Part shown: positions 45,098 through 59,100 of the stretch, piece after piece | Layout of the letters: every line of letters starts with the position of its first letter | Numbering within the stretch: position 1 is the first letter of the stretch | Origin: Cyanophora paradoxa CCMP329 | Taxonomy: Eukaryota; Plantae; Glaucophyta | Direction of reading: 5' to 3' | Length of the DNA stretch: 64,000 nucleotides | Assembly (NCBI GenBank): GCA_004431415.1 | Contig: QPMI01000536.1 | Location: 18,651 to 82,650 of the forward strand | The notes under the pieces: model-generated | The model's input: only the letters and a program-made list of their open reading frames with translations | Database searches by the model: none | What the model was told of the DNA's origin: nothing | Made by a program: the position numbers and the translations under genes

Positions 45098-48000
45098 ATG
45101 GCGAGCCAGCAGGAGGCCGTCCCCCGGCCGAAGATGCGACGCGCGTACATCTACATCGACGGTGCGATGCGCAGCCGCCCCGCGCGTTGGCGCTCATCGA
45201 GCGGGCAGGCAACGCCTTGGCGGGCGTGAACCGCTCCCTCACGCAAGCGATCCAAGCAACTCTCAACGGCATCGCCCAGGGAAAGCTCAGGTCCGGCACC
45301 GCGGAGCCGCCCCTCACGCTGTCCCGCGCCGCTCAGCGCCAGCCCATGGCAGGTTCTACCTCTCTGACGACGAGGGCGGCGGGGCCGCGGGCGGCGCGGG
45401 CCGCCGCCTCCGCGTCTTCGTGTTCCTCACTACCGCCAACACTTCGGCGCTCGAGCCGGCGCTGCGCCGCGAGCTGGTGAAGGCGGAGAGTCTCTTCGAG
45501 GTCGGCCCGGCCCCGGGGCCCCGCAGGGCGCGTCTCCGCCCCCCGAGCGCCGCTGCAGATCTCGGACACCGCGGCGGACGGGATGCACGTGCTGACGGAG
45601 GCCTTCGACCGCTGGGAGGCCGCCGGCGCCCGCGGCGGGGCCGTCGAGGTCAGCCGGTCGCGCCGCCCCCCGCCGCCCCGGTGGCAGCGCATGCGGAGCC
45701 CGACCGGCCGGCAGGTGCTGCTGATATCGGACCGGTCCTTCGAGGCGGAGCTCTCCTCGCTGCCCTCGCGCCGCATGCGCGAGGGCCTCCAGCGCTTCCT
45801 CGCCCAGGCCCAGGCGCGCGCGGGGCGGGGCGCCGCGGGGCGGGGCCGGGCCGGGGAGCTGAGCGACGCACGCAGATCACGGTCTCGTTCCGCGGGATGG
45901 ACGTGAGCTTCGGGCGGCGTCGCGCGGACGCCGGCGGCGCCGCCGCCCCGCCGCCGGCCGCGGCCCCCGGGGGCCCTCGGGCCCGCGCCCATCCTCGGCG
46001 GCGGCGGCGGCGGCGGCGGCGGGGGTCCGCTCCCGCTCCGCCCTGGCCGCGGGGGTCCGACGGGCCTCTCCAAGAGCGGGACGAGCACGCCGGCGCGCTC
46101 GGCGGCGACGGCCGCCGGCCGCACGGTGCGCAGCACGGGGGACGCCCCGCCCCCGCCCCCGCCCCGCCCCCGCCCGCCGCGCCTCGGAGGCCGGCCCCGC
46201 CCGCCGCCGCCTCCTCGATCCCGCCCCCGCGCCGCGCCGCTCGGCCGGGCCGGGCCCCTGGCCGCCCTCTCCTCCCTCCTCTCCGACTACACCCTCGACG
46301 ACGACGCCTCGCTCCTACCCCCGGCGGCTCCTCCCCCCGTCACCCCTCTCCGCCCACCGCTCCTCCGGCTCGTCCTCGGGGCGGCCGCGGGAGCCCTCCC
46401 CGGCCCCGCCGCCCCCGGCGCCGCCGCCGCCGCGCGAGCGGCTCTGGGTCGGGGTGGAGGACCTGCGGGGCCGCGTGGCGCGCCTGGAGCTGGGCCCCGG
46501 GCAGCAGACCGTCGAGGCCCTGCGCGCCGCCCTCGCCCGCGCCGGCGCCCCCGACGGCGGCCCCGCCGACGAGACCCTGCTCCTCGCCGCCGGGCGCGCC
46601 GCGCTCCTCTCGGGCCCCCTCGCCGCGTACGGCGTGGGGGACGGGGCGACGCTCCAGATGCGCCGCCGCAGCGAGCTCGGGGCCTCCCCGCTCATCCCCT
46701 CCGCCCCCGCCGGCGCCCCCGGCCCCCTCCAGCCCCTCCTCGTCCTCCTCCGGCCCCGTCCCCTACCCGGCAACCCGCCCCGCTCCCACGGCCCCTCACC
46801 CGCCACCCCGACCCGCGCCCCCGCTCCCGCCCCCGCCCCGGAGCCGACGCCCCCCGGCGCTCCCCGACACCCGCCGGCCCTCCCTGACCCCCTCGGGCCC
46901 GCCTCTCCCCACGGTATAGCCCCCACCCCACCGCCCGCCTCGCCTGCAACTCCCGCCTCACCCTCCGCCCCCGCTAGCCGATGCTGGTCTTCGTCCAGTT
47001 CCTCCCCTCGGGCGTCTCCTTCCTCACCAAGCTCAACGCCATGCCGCGCGCCCTCCCCCTCCCCCCCTCCCCTCCACTCCACTCCGCCCCCTCTGAAGCC
47101 TACGGCGCGCCCGCCCGCCGCGCGCCGCGTAGGACGGTGCAGCACGTGAAGCGGATGGGGCACAAGCTCTCGGGCGTCCCAGTCGACTGCCTCCGCTCCC
47201 TCGGCCCCGACGGTGCCCCGCCCCTCTCCTACCTTACCCCCCCTCTCCCCCCTTACCCCCGCCAGGGCGGGAGCGGGCGGACCTGGACGCCTTCTACCTG
47301 CCCTCCGAGCTGGAGCGCATGGGCCGCTGCCTACCCCTCGACGTCCGGCCCCTCCAGAGCCTCTCCGTCCTCCTCCGCGCCCCCGGCCTCGGCGAGCCCG
47401 TCCGCGTCGCCTGCGACGGCCACCTGGCAAGCCCCTTTCTTTCTCTCTCGCGTCCCCGGCCTTCCTTCTTCTTCTCCTCCTCCTCACGCCGGGGCGGGCA
47501 GTTCGTGCGTGAGCTGAAGGCGGTGGCGGAGGAGCTGACGGGCATCCCCGCCCGCGAACAGGTCCTCTCCACCCGCCCCGCAGGCGGGACGTGCGTTCCC
47601 TCCCCTCCCCTCGCGTCGGCTGTTCCTCCGCCGCGCCGCGCCTCACACGGGGGTACAGGGAGATGGAGGAGGACCTGACGCTGGCGGCGTATGAGGTGCG
47701 GGACGGGCACAGCGTCTTCGTCGCCCGCCGCGCCGCCCCCGGCGACGTGCGCCCGCGCCCCGTACCCCCCGCCTTCTTCCCCCCCCCCATGTCTCACCCC
47801 CCCGGGCAGGAGGGGGGCGACGTGACGGTGGCGGCGGCGTGGGGCGACCTCGCCGACGACGAGGGCCTCTCCGTCGAGGCGCGCCCGCGCCCGTACCCCT
47901 CCCCGGGGCGCCCCCGGGGCTGACCGGGGCCGCCCCGCAGTTCGACTTTCCCGCGGGGGCGACGGTGGGGGACCTGCAAAGGGCGCTGGAGGGCCAGTGG

Positions 48001-48473
48001 GGCCTCCCCGCCCCCCACCAGCGCCTCTTCGGCGGCGGCGCCCGCCTCGACGGCGACCCACGCCGGCCCCTCGCCGACGCCGTACCCCCCGGCGCCCGCG
48101 AGCTCCCCGTCATCGTCGCCCTCGACCCGGGGCCCGTGCGCCGTACCCCGCCCGCCTTCCTTCCCCCCCCCGCATCTGACGGTACCCCCCGCAGCACCTC
48201 CCCGACAAGGTCACGATCTTCACGCGGGCGGTGGGGGGCGAGGAGGTCCGGGCGCACAGCGTTCCGCCCTCGGCGCCGCTGCGGGCGCTGGCGCCGCCGG
48301 GGGGCGGGCCCTGGGCGGCCGTGCGGGACGGCTCGCAGGAGGCGCTGGACCTGGAGGCGCGGGTGGAGCGGGCGGGGCTGACGCACGGGGCCCTGCTGCT
48401 CTTCCGGCCCCGGGGCGCCCCGACGCCGGCCGACGCCCGCGCCGCCGACGCCGCCCTCCGCCAGATCCTCTAG
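45098..48473 (+). CDS. Multi-exon protein with several tandem ubiquitin-like domains
   Basis: TVEALRAAL...PLAAYGVGDGATLQM; TVQHVKRMGHKLSGVPVDCLR; VRELKAVAEELTGIPAREQVL...DLTLAAYEVRDGHSVFV; TVGDLQRALEGQWGLPAPHQRLFGGGARL. Confidence 0.7.
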
Positions 48474-48624
48474 CCTCTAAGCTCCCCGGCCCCGGCCCCG
48501 GCCCCGGCCCCGGCCCCGGCCCCGCCGCTCGCTGCCACTGCTGTTTGTTTCAAAGAGGCCAGCCGAGCACGCGCGCGGCGGCGGGGCGGGTCGAGGCGGG
48601 GCGGGGCGGGGCGAGCGCGTTTGG

Positions 48625-50730
48625 CTAACGCAGGCCGAAGAGGCGGGCGAAGAAGCCCCTCTGGCGCTTCGGGCGGCCCTCCTCGTCCTCCTCCTCGTCG
48701 TTCTCGCCCTCCCCCTCGTCCCCTTCCTCACCTTCCTCTTCATCCCCTTCCTCCTCGTCCTCCTCCTCGTCGGATTCGTCGTAGTCCTCCTCCTCCTCCT
48801 CCTCCTCGTCCTCCTCGTCGTCGTCCCACTCCGAGTGGGCGGTGGGGCGGCCGGCGGCGTCGGCGGGGCCGGGGGAGCGCAGGCCGCGGCGCTGCAGCTC
48901 GGCGAGGAGGGCGCGGGAGAGGGCGACGAGCGCGCCGTCCGCCACGCCCGTCAGGTCCAGCGGGGCCCCCGTCCGCAGCGCCGCCGCCGCCGCCGCCAGT
49001 CCCGCCGCCCCCGCCGCCGAGCTGCGGCGGGCGACCGGCTGCGCAGCCGAGCTGCGCCGGGCGACCGGCTGCGCAGCCGAACTGCGGCGGGCGGTCGGCT
49101 GCGCCGCGGCCGAGCTGCGGCGGGCAGCCGGCTGCGCCGCGGCCGAGCTGCGGCGGGCAGCCGGCTGCGCCGCCGCGGAGCTGCGCCGGGCGGCCGGCTG
49201 CGCCGCCGCGGAGCTGCGGCGGGCCGGGGCGGCGGCGGGCGGCTCCTCGTCTGCATCCTCGTCCGGCATGGGCGCCGGCGCGGAGTGGCGCGGCGCCGGC
49301 GGGCTGGAGACGGACGAGCGCCGCGCGGCCGAGGTGCGGGGGCCGAGGGCGAGGCCGCCGCGGAGCGGCCGGCCGGCGGCGGGCGGGGGAGGAGGAGGAG
49401 GCGGCGGCGGCTGCCGGCGAGTCGCCCGAGGGGCGCGGAGGGGAGAGGATGCGGGCGGCAGGGCGCGGCGAGGCGGCACGGGGCGCCCTCGCGCTGCGGG
49501 CGCGCGCCGGCGGCCGCTGCGCCGCGGTCACGCGCAGCCGGCGAAGGAGGCCATGGGCGGCACGCACGGAGCTGGGGCCGGGCTCGGCGGGCCCGGAGGC
49601 GGCCGTCGGCCGCTTGCGCGTTGACGGCTGCAGCGGGGCGGGCGTGGGCGGGCTGGCGGGGGCGGGGGCGGCCGGCGCACCCTGCTCTGCGGCGGCTCGG
49701 GCGGTTTGGAGGAGGAGGAGGCGGCGGCGGGCGTGCCCGAGTGGGGATCCGCCCTCGACTTGCGCTTGCGGGAGCTCGAGGGGGGCGTCGCAGGCGAGGC
49801 CGGCGGGGCGGGGCGCTCGCCCCTGACCCCCGCGAAAGCCTTCAGCTCGGCCTTCTTGAGCGGCCGCAGCGTCACCGGCGGGCCTTCCGTCTCGCTCACC
49901 AGCACGTAGCTGCGCGCCGTCGCCCTCAGCGCGCGGCGGCGGCGCGCTCCGGCCGGCGGGGCGGGCGCCGCACCGGCAGAAGAAGCTCGTGGGGGAGCCG
50001 CCGGCGGGGCCGCCGGCGCCGCCGAAGGACGGGTCAGCGGAGCGGATGCGGAGCGGCTCTCCGCGCAGCGTGGAGGCCGGCACGCGCGCCCCGTCCTCGG
50101 CGAGGTAGACCTCCTGCTCCGCCCCGCTCCGGCACCGCGCGAACTCCCGCGACAGGCGCTCCGACTCCTGCGCGGCGCGGCGCTCGGCGGCCGCATCGGC
50201 GCTCCGGCGACGCCGCCGTGCGCACCGCGAGGTTCGTGCACAGGCGGTCGTCCGGCGCGTACAGCCAGGTGATGTCAATCTGCACGCCGACCCCTGCGTG
50301 GCGCCCCGGCAGAGTCGGGCGAGAGCAGCACGAGCGAAAGCCCACTCAGAGAACAAGCAGCTACGCACGCTTACTGCCCTGCACGATCTTGTCGAGGCGG
50401 GCGATGCAAAGCTTGACGGGAGCCCTGTCCACTTTCGTTTCGACGTAGACGAAATCGCCGACGCTGGGCGTGTTGAATGAGCGCTCGAGCAACCGAACGG
50501 GGGCGTAGGGTCCGTCCGCACCCGAACACCGTCCCCGACGCCGCCACGAACTCGGGGTTGCCGTCGGGGAAGACGCGGCATCCGGGCTTGTCGGGTTCGC
50601 TCCAGACCTGCGTTGACGAGCTCGCCGGAGGCTCTCTTCCTCGAGCCATCGGCGCAACGGCGAGGTCGACTTTTTTTGCTAGGCTGCAGGGGTACGCAGA
50701 CAATAAGCCAACGCAGGCATCGAACAGCAT
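48625..50730 (-). CDS. BAH-domain protein with a low-complexity and acidic C-terminus
   Basis: SVGDFVYV...IARLDKI, ITWLYAP, EQEVYL and FFCR match the BAH pattern; C-terminal poly-D/E tract. Start uncertain. Confidence 0.6.
49015..49225 (-). repeat. 30-33-bp coding tandem repeat (RRSSAA(A)QP(A/V/T)A, ~6-7 copies)
   Basis: Visible in ORF 48625-49479. Confidence 0.8.
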
Positions 50731-51098
50731 CGCGCCGCTAATCGCGAGAGCCTTGGAAAAGATCAGGTCTTCTCAATCTCGCAAAACACGCGCTTCCCTC
50801 CCTGCACGCCGGGCGGGCAGTTAGCTTTAGGCGCCGGCAGTTAGCTAGCTAGAAGCGAAAGATCAATTGAGCGTTATCTCGTGTCCCTTCCGGCGCGGTT
50901 GTCGCTAGAGCCGCCAGCAATTTGCGAGCTCCGAGGCTCGACCCTGCAGCTGCGCCGTGCCACCTGGCACGACCGCATCGAGACGCATGCGGATGCCTGC
51001 GCGCGCGCAAGGACGTTTCGATCAAGTGCTAAGCTTTCGTAGAAGGAAGATGCAGGTGCGTGACCACAACTTGAATGTTGCCGTTTCCGATTCCCGGC

Positions 51099-53040
51099 AT
51101 GAAGCGTGGCCCCCGTGCACAGTGGAGCCGAGCGCGCAGGAAATGCGAAAGCGCCCTGCTTTTCACTTCATTGCTCCTGTGCCTCGTACTGCCGAGCCTG
51201 GGCGTGCCTGGAGCGAGCACCGTCGTCGCGAGCGGAGTGGCGGCGCCGCGAGACCTGGCCTACTGCCGGAGGCTCAAGATGCTGCTTGTGACCGCGGGCG
51301 TGGGAGGCGAGCGCATCGACCGCGTGATGGTCGACACAGGTTGGCTCTCTCCGCGCTACACGCTTAAGCTAGCTAGCGCTCGGCTCGGTTCGCATCAGCG
51401 CTGTCAGCCCAACACGCTTCTCTTGCGCGCCGCAGGGGTCGTGAGCACGGTGGTGGGCGTGTCGGGCACCAGCGGATACGTCGATGCGGTGGGCACCAGC
51501 GCGCGCATCAACTCCGACGGCGGGGTGCGCGCGTCTGGCGCCTCAGGGCCTCCGCGGCCGCGGCCGGAACGCCCCCGCCTGATCATGACCTCCGCCTCGG
51601 CAGATGATCGTTTTCGACCCGTTGTGCACCTACGCGTACCTGGGCGATTCTGCGAACCACCGCGTGCGACGCATCCGCGTCTCGGACTGTGCGCGCATCG
51701 GGCGCGGGCCCCGCCGCCCTCCACCCGCCCCCTGTCGTCACTCTCGCCCCCGCAGACGCCGTCATGACCCTCGCGGGGAGCGGCGCGAACGCGAACAGCG
51801 ACGGGTACGGGACCGCGGCCGCCCTCGCCAACCCCCGTGGCCTCGTGCGCCCGCCCGGCCCCTCCGCTCGGACCCCGCCCCCGCCTCCGCCTCCGACCGC
51901 GTTCCGTCCCGTCGCCAGGCGGTGAGCAGCGAGGGGCGGTACCTCTACGTCTCGACCCTGCACGCGATCCGCCGCGTGGACCTGCAGAGTGCGCCCGCGC
52001 CCTCCCGCCCCGCTCTCCCCGGGCCCCTCCGACCGCCGCGCAGCCGGCTACGTGTCGACGGTGGCGGGGGGCGGGGCGGCGGGGGGGGCGGACCTCGTGG
52101 GGGCCTCCGCCTCCTTCAGCAACCCCGCCGGCCTCGCCCGGGTGCGACGGCGGCCGCCCCGCGGCCCCCAGGCCTAGGCCCTCCGCCCCTCGCCGCCTCA
52201 CGGGCGTCGCAGTTGGACGACGAGACGCTTCTGGTGGTGGAGGAGGGCGGGCACACGCTGCGGCGCCTCAACACGACCTCCGGCCAGGCCCGCCCCGCCC
52301 CGCCCCGCCCCGCCCCGCCCCGCCCCGCCGCCCCCGCCCGGCGCGGCCCCGCTGAGCGGCCCCGCTGAGCGGCCCCGGCAGGTCACGACGCTCGCGGGTC
52401 TCTACGCCACTCCGGGCTCCACGGACGGTGCCGGCCTCGCTCCCCTCGCGCTCCGCTCCGCGGGGTCACGCCCCGCCCCGCGGCAGGCCTGGGCGCCGCC
52501 GCGCGCCTCAACACGCCCCACGCGGTGGCCTGCCACGCGCCGACGGGGCTCGTCTTCGTCACGCAGCCGCCCGTCTCCTCTCCGCACGTTCGGAAGGTCC
52601 AGCTCCCCAGCGGTGCCCCGCCCCGCCCGCCCCGCCCGCCCCGCCCGCCCTCGCGCGCTTCGCCGGCGCGACGGCAGCCGGCCCCGCGGCAGGCGACGTG
52701 GCGTCTCTCTCCTTCTCGGGGCCCGTCGCGACGGAGACGAGCCTCGTCGCGCTCGTGTTCGACCCCCGCAGGCGCGCCTTTTGAGCATGCGCGGCTCAGC
52801 CCCCTTAGGTTCCTCCCTGACCCGCTCGCGCCCTGCATGCAGGGGCCGGGCGTTCGCGACGGGGTACAACACGGGGGCGATCTACGCGGTGGAGGTACCG
52901 CTGCCGGCGGCGGCGGCGTGCGGGGCGGCGAGCTGCGTCGCCGTCGGCGCGGGGAGCGTCTCCCTCGCCGGCGCCGGTGTCTTGCAGGTCTCGTAGCCGG
53001 GGCCCCGCCCCGCCCTCGCGATCGGCTGCTGCTGCTATAG
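51099..53040 (+). CDS. Secreted NHL-repeat beta-propeller protein, multi-exon
   Basis: Hydrophobic leader ALLFTSLLLCLVLPSLG. NHL motifs VSTVVG..GTSGYVD..GTSARIN, YLGDSANHRVRRI, TLAGSG....DG.GTAAALANPRGL and ASFSNPAGLA. Confidence 0.75.
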
Positions 53041-53199
53041 CTAGCCGTGAACGAGAGTCGCGGGATTTGCAATCTGTGAACGCAGTTGATCTCGCTCTGA
53101 GCCGGCCCCTCTGCAGCTGCCCTTTCCACCCGCCGACAACGTCGTTACAGGTCAATTTGACTCGGGAATGTGCAGTTTCCTTTCGATACCAAATTTCGA

Positions 53200-56100
53200 A
53201 GACAAGTGGGTGCGGGTGCGGGTGCGGAGGGGAGGCGGCGACTAGTCGTCCGCGGGCGCCCGCAGCGTCGCCTCCACCATCTCGAGCTCCAGCACCCGCG
53301 GGCTGGGGCCGGGACCGGCCGGCGGCGCCGACGGGGCCGGGGGCGGCGAGGCGGCCGAGGGGGCGGGGCCGAGGGCCGGGGAGGCGACGAGGGAAGGCGG
53401 GTCCGGGGCGGCCTGCGACAAGGAGCCGGAGCCGGAGCCGGAGGGGGAGGGGGAGGCCGAGAGGCCGGAGCGCGGCTCCTCCGCAGCGCGGCCGCCCCGA
53501 GGAGGAGAGGAAGAGGAAGGGGAGGGGCGGGGCCCGAGAGGGAGAGGCGGAGGAGAGGGGGGCGCCCCCAGGCCGACGCCGGCGCCCCCGGAGCGGCTGG
53601 CGGTGCGGGAGGCGGGGCGGAGGGGCGGCCTCGCTGCGCTCCTCGACCCGCACGAGCGGCGCCCCGCTCCACCCGCGGCTCAGCGTCGGCCGCTGCCGCC
53701 ACCACCGGCCCGCGCCCCGGGCCGGGGCCGGGGCCGGGGCCGGGGCCGGGGCCCTGCGGCGACTCCGGCGGCCCGTCCCCGCCGGGCGAGGCCGCCACGC
53801 GCGCCGCCGAGCCGCGCCGCGAGGCCGGCGCCGGCCTCCCCGGCCCGGAGCCGCCCGAGGGGGCGAGCTGCAGCGGTATCCAGCTGCGGCGCGCGCGTCA
53901 GAGAGGGGCGGCCGGCTCGGCCTGCCTGGGCGGCGGGCCTGGCGGTGCGCTCGAGGGCGTGGAGGGAGAAGGTGACGGTGCGGTCGAGGGCGCGGGAGCG
54001 GCCCCGCAGGTACCGCCGGTAAAGCGCCCGCGCCAGCACCAGCGCCGAGCCGACCTGCGGGGGTTGAGGCGGGGAGCGGGGAGGGGGTCGAGGAGGGGAA
54101 GGGGCGGACGAGGAAGAGGAGGACGAGGGCGACGGCGGCGGCGGCGTAGAAGAGGCGCTCGCGGGAGCTCGAGGGGCTCTCCGCGAGGCACCCCGCCATG
54201 CTGTACAGCACCACCTGCCCCGCCACGCCGCGTCAGGCGCGGCCGGCCCCTCCGGCCCCCCTCGCCTCTGGCAGGGGGCGCGTGCGGGCGGGCGGGCGGG
54301 CGCACGAGGACGATGGAGCCGGCCGCCTCGACGCGGTTCACGAGCGGCACCGCGTACGGCCGCACGCGCAGGAGCACCTGCCGGGGGGGAGGGGGGGGTC
54401 TAAGCTAGGGGCGCGTTGGGGCCGGGGCGGGGCGGGGGCGGGGCGGGCGCACGAGGAAGTAGGCGAAGAGGAGCTGCGTGAGCACCCAGATGCGCGTCGA
54501 GGGCGCGTCCTGGGGATAGGCGGTTAGGCGGGGGTGGGTGGGGGGTGGGGTGGGTGGGGTGGGGGGGGGGGAGGAAGGGGCGGGATGGGGGTACGGGGCG
54601 CCTGGAGGAGGACGATGACGATGAAGACGGCGAGGGAGCGGGCGATCTGGACGAGGGGCCAGAGCTCGGCCCCGGGGCGGAAGCCGGCGGTCTTGGCGTA
54701 GAAGGCGGCGGCGAGGCCGGCGCGGAGGGGGCGGCGGGCGCGCTTGGAGAGGGATCCCGAGGCGCCCGTCCGCTCCGAGTCGAGGGAGGAGGCGCGGGGC
54801 CCGGCGGGGTCGCCCCCGCGGAAGAGGAGCTTGGCGAGGAGGGCGCGGGAGGAGGCGGCGCTGGTCAGGGAGAAGGCGGCCGACGAGGCGCTCTGCAGCG
54901 AGGCCCGGCTCTGCGCGCTCTGCACGCGGCCCGCTTAGAAGGGCGCAGCGGAGGGGCGGCGGGGCGGAGGTGCGAGGGGCGGACTTCGGCGCGCTCGAGG
55001 GGCACTGCGCCGTCGGCGGGGGGCGATGATTTGGGCGTGGCCACACCCCCGACCCGACTGCGCGCGGGCGGGCGCTCAGGCGGAGGGGGGGCGGGCGCTC
55101 AGACGGGGCGCGGGCGCTCACCTGAGGCGGGCAAGGATGAGGAAGGAGACGGGGAAGCCGACGGTGTAGACCAGGGCCGAGACGAGCGCCGGCGGCAGCA
55201 CCGCGTACCTGTACCCCGTCGGAGGGGCGGGCGGGCGAAGGCGGGGCGGGGCCGGGCGGGCCGGAGCGGACCACTCGGGGCTGTAGCAGAAGACGGCGGT
55301 CGTGGTGAGGATCGCGACCGAGTCTCCGCTCGCCTGCGCGCCCCGCCCCGCCTTCAGAACGACGAAAGAAGGAGGGTGCAGGGGGCGGGCGGGCGGGCGG
55401 GCGGGCGGGCCTGGCGCTCGCAGAGGAGGAGGCGGACGAAGACGGAGGTGAGGGGCACGTAGCTGGCCTTCACCACGAACATCCAGGCCGCCACCAGGCA
55501 CCTGCCGGGGCAGATGGATCAGGGGCGAGGAGGGGGAGGCCCCGGCTCGAGGGGGCCAGCGGACCACCAGCCGGCGCCGAGGATGGCGAAGGCGACGGCG
55601 GTGCAGGCGGTGAGGGCGAGGGGGAAGGTCGCCACGATCGCCGAGCGCGCCGCCTCGGTCTGCCCGGGCCACGCTCAAGAGGGCGGAGCGCGGGGCGGAG
55701 CGCGGCGAGGAGGGGCGGACGAGGCGGAGGCAGCCGATCTGCATGACGCCGAGGTTGAGGTTGGCGAGGGAGAGGGCGGCGAGGAGGCGCGCCGCCGCCT
55801 CGTCCATCTGCACGTCGATCTCCGCCAGCAGGCCCACCTGACGAGGGAGTGGGGGGTGAGGTGGGGTGGGGGGAGGGGCGGGGGGGGGGGGAGGGGCGGG
55901 GGGGGGGGGGGGGGTTGCACCGTCTGGACGGTCCAGAGGCAGGAGATGAGGACGGGGGCGAGGGCCTGCGGGGCCGCATCGGGCGGGGGCCGAAGCGGAG
56001 GGGAGAGGGGGGAGGGGCGGGGCGGGGCGGTGCGCGCGTGCTTGTCGGGAGCTCGGCGGTGCGGAGGACGGCGACGCAGACGAGGATCCAGCAAGCCACG

Positions 56101-59100
56101 AAGCCCGCCACCAGCAGCGAGAGCCCGATCTGCCGCGAGGAGCTCAGGGCGAGGGAGGGCGGGCGGCGGGCGGCGGGCGGCGGGCGCACGATGCCGGCGT
56201 CGCTGCACTGGCGGCACTGCCTGCGCGGGCGGAGGCCAGGGCCGGCCGGCGGCGTGGGCGGGCGGAGAAATGGGGGGGAGAGGGGAGGGGATTCGCGTAC
56301 CCCGAGAACTCGGCGTAGAAGCCGGCGGGGCAGGCGCCGCAGACGAGGCCCTCCCTGCCCCCCGAGCAGCTCCCGGGGGGGCCTCCGGGGCAGAACCGGT
56401 GCGGGCACCTGCGCGCGCGGGCGCGCGGTTCGAGAGGCGCCGGTGCGCGAAGGCGGCAGGGCGGGGCGGCGCACCGGAGCATGGCGAGGGGCCGGTCGGG
56501 CGAGGCCCAGTAGCCCTGCGTCGGCTCCGGCCGGGCGCCGCGCCCCCCGCACACCGCGTTCTCGGGGCACGCCTGCGCCCCGCGCCCGCTCGCCGGCCAA
56601 CCGGGAGGCGCAGCGGGCGGGAGCGAAGGCGGCGGGGCGCACGCGGCAGACGGTGGCGGTGCCGTTGGCGACCTCGGCGTAGTACCCCTCGGCGCAGACG
56701 CAGGCCTCGGGCGAGACCGAGCCCCGCGCGTCGGTCGTCTGCGGAGCGTTGCGGCGCGTCAGGGGGGCGGGCAGGGCAGGGCCGGGCGGGGCCGGGCGGG
56801 GCGGGCCTTGGGGCCTCGCAGGGCGTGCACGCGGTCATCCCGCGCTCCGTCGCGTACGAGCCTGCGTGCGGGGCGCGGCGGGCTCCTCCGTCAGAGGCGG
56901 GGGGCGCGCCCTCGCTCCCTCCCGGGGGCGGGCACCGATGGGGCAGGGCGTGCACGCGTCCTCCGCGCCCGGCGCGTCCGAGAAGCCGCCGCGGCGGCTG
57001 CGGGAGACGGCCCCGGTTCGACGGGCGGCGACCTCCAGGTCGGGCGGGAGGGGGACGGGGGAAGGGGGCACCAGGGGAGGCAGCGGGGCACGCGGACCTC
57101 GAGGCGGGGCACGGAGAGCTCGAGGTACGTACCCGGGGGGCAGCCCTTGGAGCGCTTCCACTCCAGCCAGTCCGGCGAGACCAGCAGCGCGTTCGCCTCC
57201 GCCAGCTGCCGGCGAACTAGCGTCCGGCCCGGGCGAGGGCGAGGGCGGGGGCGGGGGGGTACGGGGCGGGGCGGGGCGGGGCGGGGCGGGCCTCGAGGGG
57301 AAAGACGATACTGGAGCGACCGACGCCCTCCCCGTCGAAGGGGGCCACCGCCTGCTTCGTGAGGATCGGGCGCCCCGCGTTCTGCGCCCGCCCATCGCCC
57401 CCAGAGCAGAGCGGGCGGGCGGGGCAGGGCCCGGGCCCCTGGCGCACCGCCCCGTCGTTGCCGAAGCTGCGCGGGGGTCCAAGCCCGCGTCAGACGGGGG
57501 CGGCATTCGAGGGGCGGGAGGAGGCCGGCACCGGATGGGCCCGAAGGGCGAGGGCGTGTTGACCTGCGCGCGCCGCCGGGGTCGGACTCAGAAGAGAGAG
57601 GGGGGCGGGGCGGGGCGGGGCGGGGCGGGCCCGCATGAGGGCGCGGCGGAGGCTGGGCCGCTCCAGCGGGCGGCCCTCCTCGACCTCGACGCCCTTGACC
57701 AGCACCAGGCCTGCCCCCGCCCGCCCCGCCCGCTGAGCTTTGGGAGTGGCCCCGGACCGGCCCGGTGCACCGATGGCGGCGCAGGCGGCCGAGTAGGTCC
57801 CCGGGGGCCGCCCGAAGCGCGCGAGGTGCGCGTCGTAGAAGGCGGGGGCCGACTCCATCGGGTCGTCCAGCTTCGCCCCCTTGCTCACCAGCCTCCTGCC
57901 GCGGGGGCCGTCGGGGAGGGGCGGGGGCGGAGTCTCTAGTTTCGAACGGCGCGGGAGGGGGCCCCTGGGAAGGAAAAGGAGGGGGGGGGGGGGGGGGGGG
58001 GGGAGGATGCGAACCGCGTCCACTGCGTCAGGACCATCGCGTAGCTGCGGAGGGCGCGCCCCGCCGTGAGCTCGGGCGGGTACAGGGCCGTGCGAGGGGG
58101 GGGGGTACCGGAGGAGCCCGGCCACGTCGTGGTGCGCCTCGTTCACGGCCTGCGGGGTACTGCGCTGAGCGGGGGGAGGGGGGTAAGAGGGGGTATGGGG
58201 GGCGCCTCCTCGCTGTAGACGAGGGCGGCGACGGGCCGGTAGCCCGAGCGGCGGCCGAGCAGGGTGCGGGCCACGGCGGAGAGGTCGCGCGGCCCGTCTG
58301 CGCAGAGCACCAGCATCTCCGACTCCAGCGCGGCCAGCTGCGCCGCCTCAGCGCGCGGCGCGGCGGGCCGGGCCACGGGGTACGCGAGGCTCGCCTCGGG
58401 CAGCACGGCCTCGGCGGCGGCGGCGGCGCCGTCGGAGGGGTACACGCGGTAGACGTCGACGACGATGCCCTGCGCCGCGGCGATGTCCCGCGCCCCCCCG
58501 CAGACCTGCGCCGGCTCCCCCGCCGCGCTGTACCCCCGTCAGGGGCGCCCCAGAGAGGGAGGGGGGTGCCGGCGCCGGCGCGCCTGGAGAGGATCGCGGC
58601 GGAGCGAAAGCCGCGAAAGGCGGTGGCCCGGAGGAAGGACTCGGCGCCCTGCGGAGGGGGGGGCGCGCCTCGGGGGCGGCCCGCGGCGAGCGCGGCCCGG
58701 GGGTACGCTGCGCACGTCCGTGCCGTCGGCGAAGATGGCGAAGGAGTACGGGTTGATATCCGGATCGAATTGCTGCCGGGCGTGGGTACTGGCGCGCGGG
58801 GGGTACACCGGGCTGGGCGGAGCGGGGGGGTACCTGGGCGATGGAGAAGTAGTTCACCTCGTGGTCCCCGGCTAGCTTCGCCTGTGAGAAGGGGGGGGGG
58901 GAGAAGTCAGACGGGGATACAGCGGCGGCGGGGCGGGCGGGGCGGGGCGCGCGTTGACAGCGGTGCTCTCGGTGTCTGCGCGAGGGAGGGGCGGCGGGGC
59001 GTCAGGCGGCGGGGCGGGGCGGGGCGGGGCGGGGCGGGGCGGGTCGAACGCGCCGCCGTCGATGACGATCACGGGGTTCGTGTCGAGGACGCTCCCGAAG

